This document shows positions 27,365 to 36,871 of a DNA stretch of 54,348 nucleotides, in pieces (the first letter of the stretch is position 1; each line of letters opens with the position of its first letter). Under the pieces are notes generated by a model. It saw only the letters and a list, made by a program, of their open reading frames with translations, ran no database searches and was not told where the DNA came from. A program made the position numbers and the translations under genes. Origin of the DNA: Patescibacteria group bacterium (GTDB lineage: Bacteria; Patescibacteriota; Microgenomatia; UBA12405); NCBI GenBank assembly GCA_038062455.1, contig JBBTXE010000001.1, positions 316,371-370,718 of the forward strand, in the 5' to 3' direction.

Positions 27365-28216
27365 ATGAAAGACATCGCCCAAATCCCAACTAACCAACTT
27401 GAACCCAATCCTCTTCAGCCCCGGGGAATCATTAGCCAGGAATCAATCTCCGAGTTGGTCGAATCAATTAGGGAACACGGCATTTTAGAACCTCTCATTA
27501 TCGCTCAAACCCCGGCCGGTTATCAAATCATCGCCGGTGAACGCCGCTGGCGGGCCGCCCGCACTCTCAAGCTTCCTTATGTCCCGGCCATCATCAAAAA
27601 AACCACCCCCCAGCAAATGTTAGAAATGGCTATTGTCGAAAATGTTCAACGCAAAGACCTCAACCCAATTGAACGGGCTAAAGCCTTCCAGCGCCTCAAG
27701 GAGGAATTTTCTCTTGATAATCCGACCATCGCCCGTAAAGTCAGCAAAAGTATTCCCTACGTCATTAATTGCCTTAAACTTTTAACTCTCCCTGACGCCA
27801 TCAAAGACGGTTTATTGTCGGGACTTATTACTGAAGGCCACGCCCGGGCTCTGGGCGGAATCGGGGACACCCGCCTGATGATTGAGGCCTACAAAATTGT
27901 TTTGAAAGAAAAAGCCTCTGTCCGCCGGGCCGAAGAAATCGCCCGCCGGATGCGCCAAAAAATTGAAGAAGGTCTGGTACCGATTACCAAAGAAAACATC
28001 CCCCAATTTCTCCGTTCCCGTCTGGACAATATTAGTTCTGATTTTGAGTCAAGTTTTGAAGACCGGACAGCCAAAGTTAAAATTTCCCAAACCAATATCT
28101 TCACCCGGGTTATTTTTCAATTTCGGGGACCAATCGACAAACGCTTTGATCAGCTTCGTGATCTCTACCAACAAGTTTGCCACAAAGAGTTAACCCCTAT
28201 TGATACCGAAAACTAA
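27365..28216 (+). CDS. parB: ParB/Spo0J family partition protein
   Basis: NPLQPR, SIREHGILEP, IIAGERRWRAA, ENVQRKDLNPIE, EGHARAL. Confidence 0.92.
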   Translation: MKDIAQIPTNQLEPNPLQPRGIISQESISELVESIREHGILEPLIIAQTPAGYQIIAGERRWRAARTLKLPYVPAIIKKTTPQQMLEMAIVENVQRKDLNPIERAKAFQRLKEEFSLDNPTIARKVSKSIPYVINCLKLLTLPDAIKDGLLSGLITEGHARALGGIGDTRLMIEAYKIVLKEKASVRRAEEIARRMRQKIEEGLVPITKENIPQFLRSRLDNISSDFESSFEDRTAKVKISQTNIFTRVIFQFRGPIDKRFDQLRDLYQQVCHKELTPIDTEN

Positions 28217-28803
28217 AACCTGATCGTTGGTATTAATCCAACCGCCGATACCGGCCAATATTTTAAAAAGGCTCGACCCACTATTAAATCTTTTTTTATC
28301 GGCCCAAATTCCCTCCCATCGCGGGAATGGGAACGGTTGTCACCAAAGGGCAAATACATTCCTTCCGGTATACTTACCTCTTCTCCTTCCTGGCAAAATT
28401 CCCCAGCTTCGGTGACAAAATCATCCGGCAGAAATTTTTCGTCAAGTAAATTACCGTTTAAATATACCTTCCCGCCTTCTACCTTAACCCTATCCCCGGG
28501 AACCCCCATAATTCTTTTGACATATTCACATTCATCTTCAGCGCAAGGTTCTGAGGGCGGCGCCTTAAACACCACCACATCCCCCCTCTTTGGTTCAGAA
28601 AATTGATAAGTTAATTTATCCGTCAACAGATATTCAGCGTTAACAAAGTTGGGCAACATTGAATTTCCCTTAACTTCGTTTGGTTGAGCTACAAAGAGGT
28701 AAATTAGCACAAACACCGACAACGCCAATACAATTGACTGAACAAATTCCAGAATAAAATTCCCAAAAGAAAAGCCTGCCTGATTTTTTAATCTTTGTTT
28801 CAT
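28213..28803 (-). CDS. lepB: Signal peptidase I
   Basis: GNSMLPNF (Ser), YVKRIMG (Lys), GDNRSHSRDGR. Start taken at ATG 28803. Confidence 0.92.
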   Translation of the reverse strand: MKQRLKNQAGFSFGNFILEFVQSIVLALSVFVLIYLFVAQPNEVKGNSMLPNFVNAEYLLTDKLTYQFSEPKRGDVVVFKAPPSEPCAEDECEYVKRIMGVPGDRVKVEGGKVYLNGNLLDEKFLPDDFVTEAGEFCQEGEEVSIPEGMYLPFGDNRSHSRDGREFGPIKKDLIVGRAFLKYWPVSAVGLIPTIRF

Positions 28804-28844
28804 AGACTCCAGTTTATATTTTCCCCATTGTATAATCAACCAGC

Positions 28845-28921
28845 GGTTGTTTAGCTCAGTTGGTTAGAGCGTTCCGTTCACATCGGAAAGGTCGCAGGTT
28901 CAAGTCCTGCAACAACCACCA
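28845..28921 (+). tRNA. tRNA-Val(CAC)
   Basis: Acceptor GGTTGTT/AACAACC, anticodon arm TTCCG-ttCACat-CGGAA, T-loop TTCAAGT, encoded CCA. Confidence 0.95.
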
Positions 28922-28925
28922 TCCT

Positions 28926-31235
28926 CTACTTCCAGACTATTTCAAAAATTTTTCCGGCTAAAAAATACCGGGCATAGCTCGGGTTATTTAACAGACCTTC
29001 TGCTTGACTATAATTTAAAGATTGCCAATTTGTCGGATTGATCCGTCTCCGTTGCAGTAATAGCGCTGTTCTGTCAGCCAAAGACTTAAAAGATAACGCA
29101 TTAATACGAGCTTTTTCCAGTTCATTACCGTTTACACCAGCCTTTTCAATCCCCAATATTTTTTCCAAATAATTAACCGTTCCCAGAGTAATCTTAGTCT
29201 CTTTTTTTTCTTTGCGGAAAGCAATATAAGCGTCCAAAAGTTGATTTAAGTTTTTCCCTTCTACTGCCGTTTTCATTATTAACAAATTCTTATTACCGCC
29301 AAACTGACCTAAAAGTTCATTTGTTTCTCTTAATACTTGGTCATACCAAAAGTTCTTGTCGACAATTGATATATTTTTGGTTTCTCCCACCCCAATTTCT
29401 CCTTCCGAATACTGCCAACTTGAGCCATCGCTACTATTTCCCATGACCAAATGATATGTTCCGCTTCCGGTTCCTAATAATCCAACCTGACAATCGGCAA
29501 TGTTTTTATTGGCCATTGTTACCCAACCTTCCGCATCAGTCACACCCACCCCACCGTTACAATTAACCGTCATTTTTGCCGGAGAACCCAAATAAAAAAC
29601 TGCCATTGGATCATTTTGCACCGCTATCTCCACTATGGTTTTACCAAGTCCCAGTTCTGACAAAACAAAATTAACCGACCTGTCCGATATCGTCCCATGC
29701 TCACTCGCTTTTTCAACATAAATATCGCCTTCAAATTTAGCGCTCTTCTTCAACACCGTTCCATCACCTTCTCCGTATAAAAAACTCACCGGCTTTCCCT
29801 GTTCCCACAACCCCAAAATCTTGTCAAAAATACTCCTTTCTCCCAAGTTTATCCACTCTTTTGTTTGTTCACCTCTCCCCACCACCGCCGTAAACTTTTC
29901 AAAAATATTTGACACTGTCGTGTTTTTACCACTCAAATACAAATTTTCCGGAGGTATTTTTATCTTTCCGTTTACTTTTAAGTAATTAAAGGTCGGTAGT
30001 AAATCCTTTAATATCTTGGCATAATTTCTGACTGTGTCCACTAAATTTTGATTATTTCTCTTTTGCAGTTGTAAAAACACATTTAAAGCAATTGATTGGG
30101 CATCAAATTTGTCTCCCACTGACGCCCCATTCCAAGCCTCATATGCCTTGACTGCTCCGGCGTGAGGACTTCCCAAGGTTAAAACCTTTCCGACTTTATC
30201 CGGATTTTCCTGCGTCCAAATCCGGGCCACCAACCCACCCAAGCTATGACCCACCAAATCTATCTGATCACCGCTACTAATTCCCAAACCGGATATAAAA
30301 ACATTGAAGTCGGTTACGATGTCGGCCAGCGGTTTTCGCCAGTCGTAGCTCCAAACAAAATAATCACTACCTTTGACTAGACCATTTTGTTCCAACGCTC
30401 CAACCAAGCTGTCGTAGTTACGAACAAATAGCGTCATTTTCCACTCATTGGCCGCCACTATCTGATTAAACACCATCGCCTTTTCATTCCAACTCGCCCC
30501 CAACCCCGGCAGAACAATGATTTTGTTTCTTTCCGGCAATTCATATGTACCATCATGAATCCTCACATAATCAACATTTAAACTTGTCCAAGTTGATGAA
30601 CCGCCCTCCAACGGGTTCCCTAAAAACACAACCTCGGGAATACATTGATTATCCGCAGAGGAAAATATCGGAACATCGTTAATGTCCTTATCAATGTAAA
30701 CCTTATACTTCTTCGCTGTCTTCTCTATCCTCAACACATGCCACTCTCCATCCCTAATTTCCAAGGGGGTTATTCCACGTCCATATAAGCCGTCTCGTGA
30801 GTTTGCTACGTTACAGTAGTTATAGAAAGAGTTATTAAAATCATTGTGAATAAAAATAGTATTGTCGTTTATCCCATTCCAAACAGCAAACTGATAAAGC
30901 GGATATCCGCTCGAATTAGTAAACCCGACACCAATTCCATCACCCATATAATTTCTATCTGTAAACATAAACTTGGCCTCAAACACCAGATTTTCTTGAA
31001 ATTTAAACAAACCATTATTCAACGAATACACAATAGGGAAAGACGGTGTGCTGCTTTTCAACTCAAGATAACCGCCGCTAAACCCTATCGAACCAGTTTT
31101 TTGTACATAATTCCATTTGCTATCATCCTTGTAATTAAAAGAATCATCAAAAAACGTAATCGCATTAGCAGATCTACACGACAATAAAATGAAACACAAG
31201 AAAAAAATTTTCAGTGCAACAAATCTTACAGACAT
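28926..31235 (-). CDS. Secreted multidomain alpha/beta-hydrolase (lipase/acyltransferase-like) with a lectin/LamG-like N-terminal domain
   Basis: Signal peptide, beta-rich domain with WHVLRIEK, then VLPGLGAS, YDWRK, GHSLGG (GxSxG), GSPHAG, GDGTV, EH. Confidence 0.75.
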   Translation of the reverse strand: MSVRFVALKIFFLCFILLSCRSANAITFFDDSFNYKDDSKWNYVQKTGSIGFSGGYLELKSSTPSFPIVYSLNNGLFKFQENLVFEAKFMFTDRNYMGDGIGVGFTNSSGYPLYQFAVWNGINDNTIFIHNDFNNSFYNYCNVANSRDGLYGRGITPLEIRDGEWHVLRIEKTAKKYKVYIDKDINDVPIFSSADNQCIPEVVFLGNPLEGGSSTWTSLNVDYVRIHDGTYELPERNKIIVLPGLGASWNEKAMVFNQIVAANEWKMTLFVRNYDSLVGALEQNGLVKGSDYFVWSYDWRKPLADIVTDFNVFISGLGISSGDQIDLVGHSLGGLVARIWTQENPDKVGKVLTLGSPHAGAVKAYEAWNGASVGDKFDAQSIALNVFLQLQKRNNQNLVDTVRNYAKILKDLLPTFNYLKVNGKIKIPPENLYLSGKNTTVSNIFEKFTAVVGRGEQTKEWINLGERSIFDKILGLWEQGKPVSFLYGEGDGTVLKKSAKFEGDIYVEKASEHGTISDRSVNFVLSELGLGKTIVEIAVQNDPMAVFYLGSPAKMTVNCNGGVGVTDAEGWVTMANKNIADCQVGLLGTGSGTYHLVMGNSSDGSSWQYSEGEIGVGETKNISIVDKNFWYDQVLRETNELLGQFGGNKNLLIMKTAVEGKNLNQLLDAYIAFRKEKKETKITLGTVNYLEKILGIEKAGVNGNELEKARINALSFKSLADRTALLLQRRRINPTNWQSLNYSQAEGLLNNPSYARYFLAGKIFEIVWK

Positions 31236-31257
31236 TAAAACATACTAAAGTAGCTGT

Positions 31258-32316
31258 ATGAAAATTGCAATATTCCACAATTTAAAACCAGGGGGAGGCC
31301 TAAACTTAATAAACTCCCTAACTAATTCATTTAAGAAGAAAGGATACAAAATTGACATTTTTTCACACCAGAAAGTCAAATTAAAAAACTCAAAAAACCA
31401 TTTTCCCTTCCCAATAGACGAACCAGCAAGCTCATTCGATCACTTGATAAAAGCCACATTTACACTTAAAAAATCTCAAAGAAATATTTCAAAACTTATA
31501 ATCCAAAAAAAATACGACTACATATTTATTTTTCCATGCAATGTCACACAAGCTCCACACATACTACGGTTTTTACCAAAAGAAAAAACATTCTATTTTT
31601 TTCTAGAACCAAAACGAGAATTCTACGAAAAAACATCTTTTGACTACTACACTCCAAAAAGATTTTTGTCTCGTCTAATAAGATATCTAGAAAAAATAAT
31701 TGACCAAATCAACTGTAAAGCATGTACTCATATCATCTCAAGCTCGATATTCTCGCAAACAAACTTAAATAAAATATATAAAAAAAATTCTGTTGTTATT
31801 TACCCAGGAATGAAACCAATAAAACCTAAACAAATCACTGTAAAAAATAATCACAAATTCCTCTCCTTTGGTCTACTGACTATGTTAAAAGGTCATCATA
31901 TTTCCGCCCAAATAATACCAAAGATCAGTATATATGGACAAAAATCTCATGAAAATATTCAAAGATACCTTCCAAGAAACATAACGATAAAAACCGATGT
32001 TAAAGAAAAAGACATAAAAAATATATACAAAAAACATACTTTCTTCTTAGCCAATCAAATAAACGAACCATTTGGCCTCACCACTTTAGAGGCTACATCA
32101 AATAATTGCTACGTATTTGGCAAAAACGAAGGAGGAACTCCAGAGATTATAAAGGACGGTTTTAATGGAACACTCATTTCAACCGACAATATACCAAAGG
32201 CACAAAAAATAATTGAAAAATTTAATAAAAAAAAGACCATTACATTCAAAAAAACTTGTATAATTGACTGGGATTACACAGTTGACCAAATTCTTCAGTA
32301 CATAAACAATGTCTAA
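31258..32316 (+). CDS. Glycosyltransferase family 4 (AT-rich)
   Basis: MKIAIFHNL..GGG, VIYPG, EPFGLTTLEA, GGTPEII. Confidence 0.85.
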   Translation: MKIAIFHNLKPGGGLNLINSLTNSFKKKGYKIDIFSHQKVKLKNSKNHFPFPIDEPASSFDHLIKATFTLKKSQRNISKLIIQKKYDYIFIFPCNVTQAPHILRFLPKEKTFYFFLEPKREFYEKTSFDYYTPKRFLSRLIRYLEKIIDQINCKACTHIISSSIFSQTNLNKIYKKNSVVIYPGMKPIKPKQITVKNNHKFLSFGLLTMLKGHHISAQIIPKISIYGQKSHENIQRYLPRNITIKTDVKEKDIKNIYKKHTFFLANQINEPFGLTTLEATSNNCYVFGKNEGGTPEIIKDGFNGTLISTDNIPKAQKIIEKFNKKKTITFKKTCIIDWDYTVDQILQYINNV

Positions 32317-33073
32317 CATCTCCCTCCTCCTCATAATCAAAAACGAATCGGAAAATTTAAAGAGGTGGTCAAAATGGTTGAAAAAACTCACCCGAGTCGA
32401 TGAAATTGTGGCCATCGACGACAATTCCATCGACGATACCAAAGAAATCCTCAAAAGCCTGGAAACCAAAAAAATCAAAGTTAACATCTTCAGTAGGGGA
32501 TTGGAGGGTAACTTTTCCACCCAACGAAACTTTGCCGTCTCCAAAGCCAAAAACGATTGGATCCTATTCATCGACGCCGACGAAGAACCGTCCGACAAAC
32601 TAATCCGCTTTCTTAACACCGAAAAACTTAACCCCCGTATCTGTTACGCCTTCAAACGAAACCTGATTTATATCGACCAAGTTATCGCCCACGGTCAAGC
32701 CCAAAACGACTATCCTGTCCGTCTTTTTACCAAAAATTCAGGTAAATTTACCAACCTTATTCATGAAATCTGGAACACTGAAAATTGTGTTGTCAAAATA
32801 CGTCACCCTCTTCTTCACTACTCCGCCCCTAATCTGAAAGTATTTATTAGTAAACTCAACATTTATTCAACCCTTCGCGCCCGGGAACTTTACGAAAAAC
32901 ACACCCCCGTTAATTTATTCCAAATTATTTTTTATCCTCTGACCAAATTTCTCCAAACATATCTTTTCCAGCTTGGATTTCTCGACGCCATCCCCGGAAT
33001 CATCATCTGCACCGGTCTTAGTTTCTATAGCTTCCTTGTCCGCTCAAAACTATGGCGACTTTATCACGCCTGA
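32309..33073 (+). CDS. Glycosyltransferase family 2
   Basis: KNESENL, IDDNSIDDT, FSTQRNFA, WILFIDADE. Confidence 0.9.
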   Translation: MSNISLLLIIKNESENLKRWSKWLKKLTRVDEIVAIDDNSIDDTKEILKSLETKKIKVNIFSRGLEGNFSTQRNFAVSKAKNDWILFIDADEEPSDKLIRFLNTEKLNPRICYAFKRNLIYIDQVIAHGQAQNDYPVRLFTKNSGKFTNLIHEIWNTENCVVKIRHPLLHYSAPNLKVFISKLNIYSTLRARELYEKHTPVNLFQIIFYPLTKFLQTYLFQLGFLDAIPGIIICTGLSFYSFLVRSKLWRLYHA

Positions 33074-34137
33074 TCATTATTATTATCTACCCTGCCCTCT
33101 TTTTCTTCTTCCTGGGGCAACTAGGACGCCTAAACTTTGGTCAATTTAGTTTTCCTATCCTCGATATCTGCATTGTAGTTCTTTCCCTGACTAATTTTCT
33201 GGTTCAAAGAAAAACCGTTAAGCCAAACAAATTTCTTCTCATCTTTTTAGCAATTGCCATCATCTCCAACCTAATTCACCTCTCTCCATACCCTTTTCCT
33301 CCTTTCCAATCCTGGTTTTACCTTCTAAGGCTTATCTCTCTTACCCTGCTTATTATTTATCCCCCTAAACTTACCCGGAAAGAAAATTACCTTATCGAAA
33401 TTATTCTCATCTCCACCCTTGTTTTCGGATTTATTCAATACCTTTTCTGGCCGAATTTTACCTACTTTAAGGCCTTTAATTGGGATCCTCATCTCTATCG
33501 TCTTGTCGGCGCCTTCTTCGACCCGACCTTCACCGGACTTATTTTATTATTTTTCCTCATTCGTCTCTATTTTTCTGACTATCGTTATCGTTTACCTTTT
33601 ATTATTTTATCCTACCTCGGCCTCGCCCTCACCTACAGCCGCGCTTCTCTACTTTGCTTTCTTTTAGCCTTCACTTTTATTGCCGTCAGAAAAAAAACTC
33701 AAAAAATATTTTTTACCGCCTTTTTTTGCGTTCTATTAACTATAGTTCTTCTCCCCCGGACCCCCGGGGAGGGGACTAAACTCGAACGGACCAGTTCCAT
33801 TTTTGCCAAAATAAAAAATTATCAGGAAGGGATCAGTCTCTTTGTCACTACTCCGATTACCGGAGTTGGCTATAACAATCTACCTTACCTTCGCCTTAAT
33901 CCTACCTCTCATGCCAATTCCGGCTTCGACGGTAGCCTGCTAACCATTGCCGTCACCACCGGCATATTTGGTTTAATTTTTTTATGTCTCGGCCTCTACC
34001 GTGAATTTATCAACGGATCCTTTCTCTATCAAACACTACTACTGATCCTTTTAGTTCACTCCCTATTTTCCAATTCTCTTTTTTATCCCTGGGCTACTCT
34101 TTTACTGGCTTTATCCAAACTTAAAAATCATAGGTAA
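33052..34137 (+). CDS. O-antigen ligase/Wzy-like polytopic membrane protein
   Basis: RLVGAFFDP, LTYSRAS, PITGVG, HSLFSN; multiple TM helices. Confidence 0.8.
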   Translation: MATLSRLIIIIIYPALFFFFLGQLGRLNFGQFSFPILDICIVVLSLTNFLVQRKTVKPNKFLLIFLAIAIISNLIHLSPYPFPPFQSWFYLLRLISLTLLIIYPPKLTRKENYLIEIILISTLVFGFIQYLFWPNFTYFKAFNWDPHLYRLVGAFFDPTFTGLILLFFLIRLYFSDYRYRLPFIILSYLGLALTYSRASLLCFLLAFTFIAVRKKTQKIFFTAFFCVLLTIVLLPRTPGEGTKLERTSSIFAKIKNYQEGISLFVTTPITGVGYNNLPYLRLNPTSHANSGFDGSLLTIAVTTGIFGLIFLCLGLYREFINGSFLYQTLLLILLVHSLFSNSLFYPWATLLLALSKLKNHR

Positions 34138-34840
34138 TAACAATTTTTTTCCGGGTCTCATTTCCCGCTAAATCTGAAACTATAATCTCTATGTCATTTT
34201 TCCCGGCATTAAGCTGAAAACGGATTTTAAATTGTCCTGAATCATCAACCATTGCCAAACGGTTGTTCACCGTCACACTTACTCCTTTTTCACTTTTACC
34301 AACTACATTAAATTCGGCCGCATCAACTTTGGAAGCTTCCTCCGCCGGATTTATCATTAATAACTCCGGTGCCACATTGTCATAAACCACATTAACGAGT
34401 CTTGATAACTCACTGCTCCCGCCATTTTCCTTCGATACCAGTGCCACAAAAACATTATCACCATTTTCTAATATCACCTGAAGAAAGGTAAATTCGCCCT
34501 TACCATCAACTTCTGCCTTACCCACAGATACATCGTTTTTCAAAAGCTCCACCGTTGTCTCCGGCTCAGCCACTCCGCCGACTCTGATAACACTGCTATT
34601 AGTTGCTTCAAAAGGAATTAACAATCGCGGCGGTAGTGGCGGCAATATTTTTTCCACCTGATCTTTAACACCACGGTTCTTCGCCTCCCCTAAAAGCACC
34701 GAAAACTTAACTAAAAACGGTAAACCAAAAACTAATAAAAACAAAAAAGTGGCTATCGTCACTAGTCCTAAAAATACCGTCTTTTTGGTAATTTCTTCAT
34801 CCCGCTTTCTCTCCAACCTTGATTGATAAAATTCTGCCAT
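34121..34840 (-). CDS. Membrane-anchored Ig-like repeat protein
   Basis: One TM helix, then two Ig-like units (GVAEP...L.NGDN; G.SE.G.SVTVN...G.N.I.I...DLAGN). TATAAT lies 9 nt before the ATG. Confidence 0.7.
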   Translation of the reverse strand: MAEFYQSRLERKRDEEITKKTVFLGLVTIATFLFLLVFGLPFLVKFSVLLGEAKNRGVKDQVEKILPPLPPRLLIPFEATNSSVIRVGGVAEPETTVELLKNDVSVGKAEVDGKGEFTFLQVILENGDNVFVALVSKENGGSSELSRLVNVVYDNVAPELLMINPAEEASKVDAAEFNVVGKSEKGVSVTVNNRLAMVDDSGQFKIRFQLNAGKNDIEIIVSDLAGNETRKKIVITYDF

Positions 34841-34861
34841 AACTTTCTCATTATACTACGG

Positions 34862-34932
34862 AGCCGATAGGTAGAATTGGACTACCATCGACGGTTTACG
34901 AAACCGCTGCTCTACCGTTGAGCTATATCGGC
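34862..34932 (-). tRNA. tRNA-Thr(CGT)
   Basis: Acceptor GCCGATA/TATCGGC, anticodon loop ttCGTaa, T-arm GGTAG-TCCAATT-CTACC. Confidence 0.9.
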
Positions 34933-34938
34933 CAGATA

Positions 34939-34955
34939 CCCGCGTTTAACGCGGG
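34939..34955. repeat. Perfect palindromic hairpin at the 3' end of tRNA-Gly
   Basis: CCCGCGTT-T-AACGCGGG; related to the CGCGTTTGACGCG copies at 42336-42447. Confidence 0.8.
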
Positions 34956-35026
34956 AGCGGCTAGAGGGAATCGGACCCTCGACTAATCCTTGGGAAGGAC
35001 TCGTTTTACCACTAAACCATAGCCGC
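34956..35026 (-). tRNA. tRNA-Gly(CCC)
   Basis: Acceptor GCGGCTA/TAGCCGC, anticodon loop ttCCCaa, T-arm GAGGG-TCCGATT-CCCTC. Confidence 0.9.
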
Positions 35027-35101
35027 AACGTAATGCCGAAAAATCGGCAAACGTTGCAGAGACGTTTAAATTACTTGGTAATTTATTACGTCTCGCCAAC
35101 T

Positions 35102-35620
35102 TCATTTCAATTTTATCATCATCCCAATCTCGAGCTTATCCGGATCTCTTAATACACCTCTATTCAATTCCCATATTTTCGTCCATTGAAAACCATCGGC
35201 ATAATAAATCGTGGCAATCTTCCATAAACTTTCACCTCTAAGTACTTTGTGTCCACTGGGTATTTCCGCCACTTCCTTCTGTGCCGGAGTCAGTGTCGGC
35301 ACAATTAGCTTTTGGCCAACCTCTATTTGATCAGGATCCGAAAGATTATTTTCCTTGGCAATCAACTGCCATTTATATCCGTCGCCGTACACACTACTGG
35401 CAATTTTCCATAAACTATCACCTTTCTTTACATCATACTTACCAGAGTCTTCCTTCACTTTTTCTGCTTCATTTTTTTGGCTAATACCCGGCAAACTAAT
35501 GTTTCCCTTTCTCCTTTGGATAAAATTAAAAATTAGAAAAACTACTATTGCCACCACCGTTAAACCCAACAACATACTAATTGTTTCTTCTCTTTTATCG
35601 CCAAGCGAAATTTTACTCAT
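35102..35620 (-). CDS. Membrane-anchored double-LysM protein
   Basis: TM helix, then YDVKKGDSLWKIA...NNLSDPDQIEVGQKL and HKVLRGESLWKIA...DPDKLEIG. Confidence 0.9.
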   Translation of the reverse strand: MSKISLGDKREETISMLLGLTVVAIVVFLIFNFIQRRKGNISLPGISQKNEAEKVKEDSGKYDVKKGDSLWKIASSVYGDGYKWQLIAKENNLSDPDQIEVGQKLIVPTLTPAQKEVAEIPSGHKVLRGESLWKIATIYYADGFQWTKIWELNRGVLRDPDKLEIGMMIKLK

Positions 35621-35668
35621 AACTTAACATAGCGATTCGGTGACCTATAGTCAACCCCAAACATCCTA

Positions 35669-35965
35669 TTATCTCCGAACAATAATCTCATCACCATAAT
35701 CTTGTCCCAATTCTTTTAAAAACCTATTTAATTCTTTTACAAAAACTTTCATCGAATTACTATTTATCTTATATATTCTTTTTTTACCACAAATTTCAAA
35801 TTCAACTAATCTCTTATCTCTCAACTCCTTCAAAATCATTGACACCTGCGGTTGAGAAATATTAATTTCCTTTACAATTTCCCCCACCTCCAATTCCTTT
35901 TTAGACAACAGCCCCAAAATTTCTCTTCTCTTATTACTCCTTATCACATTAAATATATTATCCAT
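35669..35965 (-). CDS. ArsR/SmtB-family winged-helix regulator
   Basis: KRREILGLL...VGEI...ISQPQVSMILKELRDKRLV...GKKRIY. Start taken at MDNIF. Confidence 0.85.
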   Translation of the reverse strand: MDNIFNVIRSNKRREILGLLSKKELEVGEIVKEINISQPQVSMILKELRDKRLVEFEICGKKRIYKINSNSMKVFVKELNRFLKELGQDYGDEIIVRR

Positions 35966-36063
35966 ATTTAGATTATATATTAAAATACTAATATATATAT
36001 ATGTATTTAACAGTTGCAAAAATATTCCTTTCCCGCCACCATACTTTCAATAAGTCTTTTTTC

Positions 36064-36072
36064 TGCTATAAT
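36064..36072 (+). promoter_or_regulatory. Extended -10 promoter (TGCTATAAT) for the CarD-like gene
   Basis: Perfect TGnTATAAT 29 nt before ATG 36102. Confidence 0.55.
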
Positions 36073-36101
36073 AGTCCCATCTACCCCAATTTCTATTACC
36101 T

Positions 36102-36653
36102 ATGACAAACGATTTCACTGTTGGCGACTACATTGTTGATTTTGAAAATATCTATCAAATTTACGCCGCCAAATCTCAAAAAGACCTTAAAGGGGTCTAC
36201 CACCAATGTTTTTTCTATCGGCCAACTCAATCGAGCGAACGGGACAAATCAGTTACTGCCTCAGTTCCGGTTGAAAATGTAGCCAAAAGTGGTCTTAGAC
36301 ATCTTATTTCTAAAGACGAAGTAAAAGAATTTTTTAAGCTTTTATCAAAACCTCTGGATACCACACTTTTATTTGAACCAAAACTCACCAAAGAAGCCCT
36401 CTACCTCAATGACCCCATTAAAACAGTACCCATTCTCAAACTTCTTTTTCAAAATAAAATCCAAACTGCGGAAAAATTTGCCCGAACCAATAGTGAGGTC
36501 ATGGAAGGAATCGTTAAACATCTATCAGACGAAATCGCCTTTGTCTCCAAAAAATCATTCAAATCAGTCCACGATCAAATTCTTGCCACTCTCAAAAAAT
36601 CCTCCGCCTGTTCACCGCCTTTGTCGACTGGACCAAAGCAATCCATTTCTTGA
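36102..36653 (+). CDS. CarD-like RNA polymerase-binding protein
   Basis: FTVGDYIV N-terminus and VPVENV..SGLRHLIS pattern of CarD/TRCF-RID. Confidence 0.7.
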   Translation: MTNDFTVGDYIVDFENIYQIYAAKSQKDLKGVYHQCFFYRPTQSSERDKSVTASVPVENVAKSGLRHLISKDEVKEFFKLLSKPLDTTLLFEPKLTKEALYLNDPIKTVPILKLLFQNKIQTAEKFARTNSEVMEGIVKHLSDEIAFVSKKSFKSVHDQILATLKKSSACSPPLSTGPKQSIS

Positions 36654-36673
36654 CAGTGAGATTCTACACCTAA

Positions 36674-36717
36674 GCGGGCTTGCCCGCCGAAGTCCGCCTA
36701 GGCGGACGAAGGCGGGC
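36674..36717. repeat. Nested palindrome at the 3' end of tRNA-Asp
   Basis: GCGGGC-TT-GCCCGC and GTCCGCC-TA-GGCGGAC stems; GCCCGCC can also pair with GGCGGGC, which overlaps the acceptor stem. Confidence 0.8.
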
Positions 36718-36786
36718 CCGATGGGATTTGAACCCACGATCTTCCGCGTGACAGGCGGATGTGCTGGACCGCTGCACCACGAGCCC
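36713..36786 (-). tRNA. tRNA-Asp(GTC)
   Basis: Acceptor GGGCTCG/CGGGCCC, anticodon arm TCCGC-ctGTCac-GCGGA, T-loop TTCAAAT. Confidence 0.95.
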
Positions 36787-36871
36787 TGGTCTTGCCTTGC
36801 TACTATACCAAAGATTACTCAAACGCACAATAAAAAGGTGTTATAATTTTCTATTAACAATTAATTACGCT

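Noticed and set aside
27260-28216. parS site or parA next to parB
   Set aside because: No TGTTTCACGTGAAACA-like palindrome and no ParA ORF were seen.
28313-28333. CCCATCGCGGGAATGGG as another REP copy
   Set aside because: It encodes the conserved SHSRDGR motif of signal peptidase and lacks the GTCA tag and the perfect stem.
28845-32316. Genomic island integrated at tRNA-Val
   Set aside because: No integrase and no duplicated tRNA 3' end were found; only compositional hints remain.
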